A stretch of 64,000 bases of DNA from Macrostomum lignano (Eukaryota). Where the stretch lies: contig NIVC01002438.1 of assembly GCA_002269645.1 (NCBI GenBank), forward strand, positions 62,001-126,000, given 5' to 3'. The position numbers were made by a program, and so were the translations under genes. This document shows positions 50,972-60,578 of this stretch, one piece after another. How positions within the stretch are numbered: position 1 is the stretch's first letter; every line of letters starts with the position of its first letter. The notes beneath the pieces were generated by a model, which made no database searches, was not told the origin of the DNA, and saw only the letters and a list, made by a program, of their open reading frames with translations.

Positions 50972-53399
50972 CTGCAAATCAGCGGTCGATTTGATTATTG
51001 ATTGATTGGCATGTTTGCTTCATTGTACCCAGAGACCAATTAAAACGTGCAATATTGATTCTGAAATTTCGCTTTTGACAATTTCAGTGACTAAAAGCGT
51101 AAAACTTTAACCAACTTAACCATCTAAACATCTAACCGTAGGTTATCACACCTTTTTCTATTTGGTTAATTTCACGAACATTAAACTCCAAAACCATCGG
51201 TCACGCATGCATTCACTGTCCTCCTCTCTCTCTGTCCACCAGATTGATTTTAGCGCATCGTTCTCTCTGAGCCATTCTTTACTTCAGCCAAGCCTTTAGC
51301 TTTCTGCTGTCTATGGCTTTCTGCTGTTGGTTTGTGTAAAACCCATAAGACGCAACCACGTTCCAGACTGGTAAAGGCCAGGGCACCAATTTGAATGAAT
51401 AAAAAACCAAATAGGACGTTAAAATGTATAAAGATAAACTGTGCAATCATTATTGGAGGAACCTTGGTCTAGGACTCTAATTTTCTAAAGGGCCTCTTAC
51501 TCTTAGTCTTAACTTCAAAAATAAAAGAAGATTAAAGAAGACTTTGAAAGTTTTCAAAGAAGTTTAAAGCCGCTTTGACAAGGAGATTACGTCGTGTTCT
51601 TTACGATTCTGTGCCTAAACATTGTGTAGCCTGGTTTAGAATTTGGGCCATAGACAAAAGTCATTATTTGTATACAAGATATGTAGATTGCGGCAAGAAT
51701 TCAGAGTTTTGTTGGCTTTGGCTATAAACACTTAAACTATATGGCTCCACTAGGAAATAAGTTTCCTGCGATGCACAATATCTTACCCGATCAACCCGAT
51801 CACAAAGCAGACGCCCTATTGGAAGAAGCGTACTATCGTAACTCAATTCTTTTTTCTAGGTTCTAATTTGGTACAAATTTATTGCAGAAAATAAAAGGAG
51901 AAAAAGAGCTTGAAATATTAAGGAACCCTTATTTTCACTTTAACCTAACAGATTCACCGGCCTTTACCAAAAAGAACGATTTGAAAGTTTCAAAAATAGT
52001 TTAACAGTATTATATTTTTTACTTAGTAGTCCTAGCTACGGAGCGTTCGTTTGGTAGCGAGGATAGAGTTGAGTTGGAGAGCTGTTTGAGATCGATACAA
52101 TGCCCCACAGCTGGGACTTGAGCACACACACAGACCGGGATAGGGGATTATAAAGTGTTATAATATAATGTGAAAGCTAAATCATATACCTACTTGCAAA
52201 GCTACACTCTTTACTCTCAGAAAAAAGGCGTAAAAGACCTCGAAAAAATGGCCCATAAAAGCATTCCAGTCAATATTCATCAATTTATTATGAATGCCCA
52301 TTGATGTCTTTGTGTTGCTGCAGACGGACAAACAGATTACACTGATACGTCATAGGCAACTAACTTTAATTAAAGTAAAAGAACTTGTTTTGTTTACTCA
52401 AAGATGTTGATATGGTAAATTTGGACACACGTAGGCTATTGTCAAAAAAGGATAACTTAATGGGTGCTTGCGCAGAAAGCAAATTTTATAAATAATATCT
52501 TTGCATAGATTTCAATATAATAAATCAAAAGAGGAAGCAAAACAATTGGACACCAAACAAAATGGAATAGGAACAACTTCATTAACCAGATTGATTTCTG
52601 CTCTAGCAAAAACAGAACAATATTGAAGTCAAAACAAAGAATTAAAACAATTGAGAACAACACGCACCAGATAGGGGTTAAGTTTAACGTGAAGCAAGAA
52701 CAGAAACAATAATTTTTTTTAATTTTAATAATTATAACAATAAAACAATTCAACTAACACAGTTAGACAAAAATGCATTATAAAAGCAAAACAAATAGGT
52801 TTACTAATTTTTTGATTTGATAATTTTTTCGTTTGTTTTGATTATAGCTTAACTTTAGCTTTATTCAACCGGCAAAAATGGGCGCAGATAGTGTTGGTCT
52901 AACAATAATCGACGCACAACACACAGCCAGAAGACAAGAAAAAAGCAGAATTACGCACAAATGTCGATGAAAACACACAAACACAAACAGCAACTTTTAA
53001 ATAAGGAAGACCGACTCACTGTTGATATTGAAGAACAAACTTGCTCATAGATAATGCCAAAAATGTAAAACAAATGATAGCCTAATTATTGTTATAAATA
53101 AGTTAAGAATTAAAGCTATGAAACCAATAAAACGAGAAGAAAATGACATGGACGTCCAGATTGAAATAAAATTCAGGAACTGATGCTAAACATGTTGTTG
53201 TTAAGATATGAAAAAGTGACACATCAATTCTGGTACAGTATCATGAGATTCTGCGAAACAGATAGGACAACACACTATATCAGAAACAATAATCATAAAT
53301 ATTTTAATTTGAAATCGTTTTCCTTACTTTTGCTAAAACACTTTTCAAGCATAAAACTTTATTGATTACATAATATGGTACTAACTGATACGATTGACT

Positions 53400-53695
53400 T
53401 TAAATAAGCGCTACAATTCATTATAAATAAGCGCCACAATTGATTCAAAATAAGCGCTACAATTTATTATAAATTGGCGTCACAACTCCTTTTAACTAGG
53501 CGCTACAATTCATTCTAAATTGGCGCCACAATTCATTCTAAATTAGCGCCACAATTCATTCAAAATTGGCGCCACAATTAATTCTAAATTAGCGCCACAA
53601 TTCATTCAAAATTGGCGCCACAATTAATTCTAAAATAGCGCCACAATTCATTCAAAATTGGCGCCACAATTAATTCTAAATTAGCGCCATAATTC
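53400..53695. repeat. 23-bp minisatellite (tggcgccacaattcattctaaat) just 3' of DNAJC25
   Basis: Direct inspection. Confidence 0.9.
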
Positions 53696-53773
53696 ACTTG
53701 AGGGTTATATTAGCCATTATTAAAAGTTGGACCAACAAAGGACATTTAACTAACAGTCATCATGACAACCTAT

Positions 53774-56700
53774 CTAACTAAAGTCCATATCAACATCTTC
53801 CTGACCAAAGGTGATCTGCCCGGGTCCGCCGCGTCTCAAATACCGCCTCATCTTCTTGTGTTTGGTGTCCTCCGCCATCTGCTGTCGCATCTTCTCAGCC
53901 TCCTCCTCGGCAAAGACAACATATTTGGCCTTGATCCAGAGCTCCTTGGCTAGCAGTTGTTCGCGCCGCTGCTCCGGCAGGTGCTCCCAGGCCAACGCAG
54001 ACAAGCCCATGTACCGGCGAATCAAGTACTCCTTCTCGGCTGGACCATACTCTCGTTTGAGCAGGCCGAACAGTACAATCCATCTCAGCGCCCAGTAGAT
54101 CCACTGCAGAACTCGAATCGGTAGCATCAGCAGTTGAAACCACAGCACATTCATAATTGACGGCTTCTCGTACGAGCCGCGAATGTCCATCTTGCGCATG
54201 ATAATGCCGCGTATCACTTCCTCCTCTTTCTCTTTGACCTCTTCTTTGGTTAGCTTGCGACCATTCTCGCGTTTGCGCTTACCACCTGGACCGTCGGAGT
54301 CCAGCAGGCCTTCGCTCTTGGCGATCTCTTTAGCCTGAGAAATTAAATTGCCGATGGTTAAGGTCAGCCAGTAAGGAGGCGCCTAAGAGTCATTGCAGGT
54401 AACTCAGGTAAAATAGGGGTCTAGAATTGAGTCCAGACGACTCTCAACCGACGAGATGTCATAAGACGTGCTAGAGTTGCTTTAGAATCACTGAGTTGTG
54501 TTTAAAGCGCATCTGCGTCCCTTGATTAATTTGAGTCCCATTCCAAGCGAAAGTTAAGCGCCAACGCCGCTGATTTTCGGACGACTCTCTCGCAACTCTT
54601 GCAGAATCTAAACTGTTACCTTACCGTCACGGTAACGTTTTGAACAGGTGAGCTACTCTGCCAACATAACATCCCCAAAAATTGAGATGGCAAAAATCTG
54701 TCTTATAACTAATACTACGCTTGTATTTTACTGTCTGTTGCTGCATGTAAAACTATACTCAATAGCAGTCAAAAGTTTCACCCTTCAAGCCAAATGAAAA
54801 TTTTCTCACATATTGCGAAAACTTCTCACTCACAATTCAACCTTCAAGTTACGCAACTAAGCCGCCACGAGGAAAGGAAAGTTCATTGAATCAATAATAA
54901 ACGTCAGTCGCGACTCTCCGCACTTCCTGGAGAAATTCCTGGGGAAGCTGCTGCCAAGCGTATCCAATGCCATGACGCAGTTCCGCAACATTCTGTGGTG
55001 GATTCTCTTTTCGAATGCTGCGCTTTAGGAAGTCCCAGACATGCTCGATGGGATTCATGTCTGGGGACTGGGAAGTCCAGCGCAGAGTGCCCAGCTGTAG
55101 CTGTTCTTTCGGTTGACTAACCGCATCGGCTTGGTGTGGCGGCGCGTTGTCATCCTGGACAACCCTCAAGTGGCAATAAGCTTCGTCGTAAGTTGCGTCA
55201 CTCGCAATAAGTGAGAAAAATTCTTCTCGCTTGGAGGATGGAACTTCTGACTGTTGCTGAGTATAGATTAAGATGCGATTCATAAAGCTCAAAACTATTC
55301 GCAAGAGGTTCTGCGGTCAGCCTGGCGCAACGCATTTGGCGACAACGTTCCACAAACCATCGGTGTGAGGCAGTTCTGTTAATTCTATCAACACCTGAGC
55401 ACATACAAGCGCGCCAATACTGTATACATTCGTACACACGCTCACACAGGGTGTACAGCGACCCTGAATATGACGATCTCTATGATCATCATACTTCTAG
55501 AGACCTACCTTTCAAACCTTCAATACAATTTAGAGAAGTCATTCAAATCTATTCCACTCACCTGCATTCGATACCTGGGCTGCTTAGAGAGAGTATTAAC
55601 CGCGTCATGATAATTCGTATACTGGCTATAGTATTGAAAGATGGAGAATGCAGTAACGATAACCACGATGACAACGCGAACGTCAACTTTAGGCGAATAC
55701 TTTCTCTTGTAGTACTGATAGAAATGGTAGTACATCTCTTCCGGATTATCCAGCATGTAGTCGTACTCCTTGCGCTGCTCATCGTCCCTGAGGATTTCGT
55801 AGGCTTGAGCAATTCTAGGAAAAGTTTCCTCAGATTTTTTGCGATCCTCTTCGGTTCGCTGCCGGTCAGGATGAAGCTTGCGAGCCAGCTTCCTGTAGGT
55901 GCTCATGATGGTCTTCTTGTCATCGTCTCTGGTCACTCCGAGCACTGTGCAATTTTTTATTATTTTGCAAGCATATTCAGGTGTTGGAATTGACATCTTC
56001 TAGATTGTAGGGCATCTAAGTTGAATATTGGGCGCCTATTTGCAGTACAGGGTGCCTAATTGAAGTACAGAGTGCTTAATTGTAGTCTAGAGTGCTTTAT
56101 TGGAGTTTAGAGTGCCCAATTGGAGTAAAGAGTGCCTAATTGGAGTTTAGAGTGCCCAATTGGAGTAAAGAGTGCTTAATTGGAGTTTAGAGTGCCCAAT
56201 TGGAGTAAAGAGTGCCTAATTGGAGTTTAGAGTGCCCAATTGGAGTACAGAGTGCCTAATTGGAGTTTAGAGTGCCCAATTGGAGTAAAGAGTGCCTAAT
56301 TGGAGTACAGCATGCCTAATTGGAGTCTAGAGTGCCTAATTTGAGTCTAGAGTATCTAATTGGGGTGCAGAATGCCTAATTGGAGTACAAGGCGCCTAAT
56401 TAGAGTATAGAGTATCAGTTTAGAGTCTACAGTTGTTGGCTACATACAAAAAGAATATATTTATTTTTTAATTACATTTAAAAATTTTATTTGATTGTAT
56501 TTTGATTGACATAAATAGTTTGCCAATTAATCCCCATGAAGTCTTCTAAACATAAAATCTATATACCACTTGGCCTTAGTGCCTAATTTTAATTCAAAAG
56601 CAATTTATTCTATATTATTTTTTGCTTATCATGGTAGGAAAAACCTTAGCTTAAGCACCATATTTTATTATTGACCTATAACATTTAAGGGCAACAATTG

Positions 56701-59700
56701 AGTTATGCAACTATTTGATATCATGTCAACTATATAGCAATAACAATATCACATCAAAGTAAATAATTCACTATATTTAAGACCAAAATGATCTTAATAT
56801 CTATAAATGTATTAACCTGGTTAAGGGCATATATGATATAGGCCGACTACAAGACCAAGTTCTATATTATGTATAGTATAAGTATAATAAACAAGCTGTT
56901 TGATTCATATCTACAAGAATAGTGCCACTTAATTTGTCAACATCTAATTCAACAACTCTATTGAAAAAATTGGTTTACTATGCTATACATTGCTAATGAA
57001 GACATAAATAATGAAGGTTAATGGTTTATATTAGGTGATAAAACATATGTAGCACACAAATCATTATACCCTTGATATATGCACTTTGTAACTAGTAATC
57101 TAAATAAACTATGAGTATGTACAATATGGTATTATGTACATACATATAGCATTGATTGCCCAATATATTAATGTATGTATTCTATACACACAATAGCATT
57201 TAGCATATACATTCACATAGTCATGTTGAAGTCCTTGACAAAATTTTTCTCATTAAGTTATAAAGAAATTTTACATTATTGCATAAATGAACAACTTTAG
57301 AGATAAGCCTGCCTTATTATTGACAAATTTGCTCAGCTTGTTTTAATTGTTGATAAATTTGATTTCTCTTCATTGCCTATATTTTAGGCTTGTTGACATA
57401 TTTAGTGTAACCCTATAATAATCTATGTAATGGCATCCTAACATTTTTGCACCTAAATAATTTAGCAATATTAGATTTCCTACTATTATTGAAATACACA
57501 TTGGAATAATTTAGACTTGAAGGACTTAAAAACTAAGAAATTGCCACAAAAACTAGATACATAGAGTTAGGTCATATATATTGGGTTGTTAGGAAAGTTC
57601 TATCCATTTTTTAATTTTCTATTCAAAGGATCATGTAGCTATGTTGGATGCAATCCTTGTGTATACATATATAGCCAAAGTTATAGATATTCTAACCAAG
57701 TTATTTGATTTTCAGTATGTAATTATGGCTAGAAATGTTGAACTAAATAGTATTATCCCTTATCTCTAGAAGATGTAGTGCATGCCAGAATTTTCTAGAG
57801 TGCATTTGAGAATGTCAGTGTCATACATGCACAACCTCCAAAATTCGGTCGGCCATGCGACTTAGTTTTAACAAAAATGCAACTTATATGTAAAAAACCC
57901 TAACGCAAAATTAACGCAACTTTGGGTAAATGGTAGGAGTAACTGACTGTCTTATTAAGTCAAAATGCCTTGTCAGCTACTTATTACTACTACTTTGGTA
58001 TTTTTTCGGGTGGGCATTTGGCAACTTCCTTGGTTGGCCGCCAAATTGGTCGGCCGGATCGGCCGACTGTTGCACATGTATAGTCAGTGTGCATTTTAAA
58101 CATCAGCATGCATAAATGGCATGCAATGTGCATTATGGCACATAAGTGTAAGGCATATGATTGATAGACATTCAAAGTTATTAGCTGCAAAAAGCTTTAA
58201 TAAGTAAAGGCTAAATTAGAGTTTCAGAAGGTATTAAGTAGGATAAATGTAAATAATTGGAAAGAAATCAACAGTTTGTTAGTAGGACCATGTACATATA
58301 GGTTGTATCATTAGTTTGAAATCGAAAGTGACTACTGTGTAACTACTATATAATTGAAAGCCATGTAGTAAAAAAAAACTGCAAGAAAGGTCCCTTATTG
58401 TCGCAACTGCAAATGGCATCAGTGTGCATTTACTTGGTTTACTTGGCATCAGCATACATTTACTTGGCATTGGTATGCATATGCATTTACTTGACATCAA
58501 TGTTCATTTACTTGGCATCAGTATGCATTTACTTGGTATCAGCATGTATTGATTCACAGCATTCCGGTATGCACTCAGCATGATCTGGACTATGGTATCA
58601 CCCTAAGGCAGTATATGCTATATGGCTTTCTAGCAGGAATTATAATAGCCAAATTGACTGAATGCCTATGCATTGCATTTGGGCAAGTTGCTATCTTTGG
58701 CTGCATTGTCTATTAGTTTAATTGCTTTTGCCATAGCAACTATAGCCTTGTTGACAAACTTTAACCTAGATGCCCATCTGAGATAAAAACTGAGCTGTTG
58801 CAAACACTTGTGGAGACCAATCCATACCCTATACTCTGGATTGTGCACACCTGGCATGCACTTTATAGAATCACACGTAAGAGTTATTGTGAAGTAGAAA
58901 AAAGATGAAAAAAGTTCATTTTTAAGCGCAAATTTCAAGCTTTCTGATTTTTAAGCTTATTAAAAAGCATTTAAACAATTTTTTTATGTATCAATGTAAA
59001 TAAATAGTATCACTGAAAAAGCATACAAAGTAACTAAATTATCTAGTAATAAGGGTCTATTATGCAATTTAAAAAAGATATTTTATTGTCACAATGTAAA
59101 AAAGTCATTTATTGTCGCAACACTGGGATATTTTTAAGAATGGGCATGCACTACATTTTTTTGTATGCATTTGTAATTATTAAATTTTTGTTTGGACGTA
59201 CACCTAGCATGATCTAGACTATAGTCTATACCATATTACACAAAAGCTGACAGCTCAAATTATCATTGACACAATGTTTCCACTATGTCATATATGCTGG
59301 GATATACCTTGATATATGCAAAAAATGGTAAATACCCTCATTGTATGCTAGGAAATCCTAATGTACATGTTGCTTTCCAAACTATATCCAATGGCCCAAT
59401 TATAGCCAATAGTTATTATGAATTTGACCTGGCAAAAGCTGCTAGACCTAGGCTAGGAACCTTACTGTATAGGCCTAGCCCTAATTTGGCCGCTATAAAC
59501 TACTATCTATTTCAAGCGCTGCATCATCATTTGAAGGAAAAATATTTGAAGATAAGTCAAGGATTGCATCTCTAACTTTTTTGCATCAAGGAATTCTATA
59601 GTTGACAGAGATGGCATTCAAAGTCTGCCCTCTCATTGGCAGAGGGTCATTGATTGTGATGACAATTAACACTTAATTAACACTGCTGAATTAACACTAC

Positions 59701-60098
59701 TGCACTCCTATAAGTATAAAAACTCATTCCCAGACCAGCTTGAGTCTATAGCTAAAATGGAGAAATTTCCTAACAGCCAATAGAAATAAGGCTTGATTTA
59801 AATAAATACTAGAACCATTAGTACTAGAACAGAAAAAAACAAATGTAAGTAAGATTGTACTAAAACTGCTATAAAATAGGTTTTAATTTTTTTGCTATTT
59901 GTATATTTTTAGGCTGTCTTTACTTAACTGAAATTTGTTGCCATAGGCCTATCTAAGTATCAGGTCAAATAAAATAGACGTACCATCGTAACAGTTTTCC
60001 TTTCCACAGTAAATTCCTTCAATCTGCGCATCAACTTGAAAGCAGCAGACGAGGGCAAAAATCAGTCCAACAGAAACAAATAAACTGTATGCATTCAT
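53774..60098 (-). CDS. DNAJC25: DnaJ homolog subfamily C member 25, 3 exons (60098-59984, 55944-55562, 54334-53774), 352 aa
   Basis: Signal-like N-terminus, IYCGKENCYDVLGVTRD, J-domain YRKLARKLHPD, YYHFYQYYKRKYSPKVDVRVVI, SIFQYYS, YEKPSI..LWFQL, KELWIK, KKMRRYLRRGGPGQITF; phases 1 and 0 are consistent. Confidence 0.93.
54756..55263 (-). mobile_element. Non-autonomous Tc1-like element with transposase C-terminal remnant (DNAJC25 intron 2)
   Basis: Imperfect ~70-bp TIRs (tactcaatagcagtcaaaagttt... / ...aacttctgactgttgctgagta), TA on both flanks; internal QDDNAPPH...W..QSPDMNPIEHVWDFLKR. Confidence 0.85.
56028..56420. repeat. 20-bp minisatellite (agagtgcctaattggagttt), DNAJC25 intron 1
   Basis: Direct inspection. 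Confidence 0.9.
58425..58545. repeat. 21-bp repeat (catttacttggcatcagtatg)
   Basis: About 5 copies. Confidence 0.75.
59390..59669 (+). pseudogene. Degenerate mariner transposase C-terminus (DNAJC25 intron 1)
   Basis: QKLLDLG*E, SPNLAAINYYLFQAL and FFASRN...DGIQSLPSHWQRVID match the mariner pattern KLLELGWE..YSPDLAPSDYHLF..FFASK..GI.KLPERWQKVI, with stops and frameshifts. Confidence 0.7.
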
Positions 60099-60578
60099 GG
60101 TCAGCCGAACCCACTGTTGCCAACCAGGCAAATCAGATAAAATCAATCAAAAATTGCCTTAGGGAGAAATGCGTAAAGTAGTGCTATTAGACTGGAAAAA
60201 GACGTATTGCAATTTGACAAGCAACAGAGTTAACAATATACACGAAAATCTTGGACACGTACACACACTATCTTGGAATCGCGCTAAAGAAAAATGAATA
60301 TTTTCGCAATGCGAATAAACCGAACCCTTCGCTTTTAAACTATTTTGCCTATTTGTTTTTTCTTTTTTCTTACTTCAGTGTTTTAAGACTTTTTTTACAT
60401 AAAACCCCTTAGAAAGTAGAATATTTGTTTAGTATTTTGCTCGAATCTTTTTTTTAAAAAGAAATATTACAAGAAAAGCGCTGCAGGTGACGAAGCAATT
60501 TTCTAAATTTTGCGTGCTTCAGTTCTCCAAAATCTATCTGTAAGCTCAAAGCAGCCTGTCAATTATTCAACCGAAGAC
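60099..60578. promoter_or_regulatory. Probable bidirectional promoter between DNAJC25 and the methyltransferase gene
   Basis: Divergent start codons only 480 bp apart; AT-rich; no repeats. Confidence 0.5.

Noticed and set aside
49495-51000. AATCAAAT motif upstream of the FARSB, PAM16 and 9502 acceptors
   Set aside because: Absent upstream of EPG5, in reverse orientation upstream of DNAJC25, and low-complexity in AT-rich DNA; too weak to call a trans-splicing signal.
54621-54635. Palindrome TTACCGTCACGGTAA resembling the start of a schistosome spliced leader; also TAAAGACGGT at 49544
   Set aside because: Only ~10-nt matches, with no SL exon ending ATG|GT and no Sm site; not an SL RNA gene.
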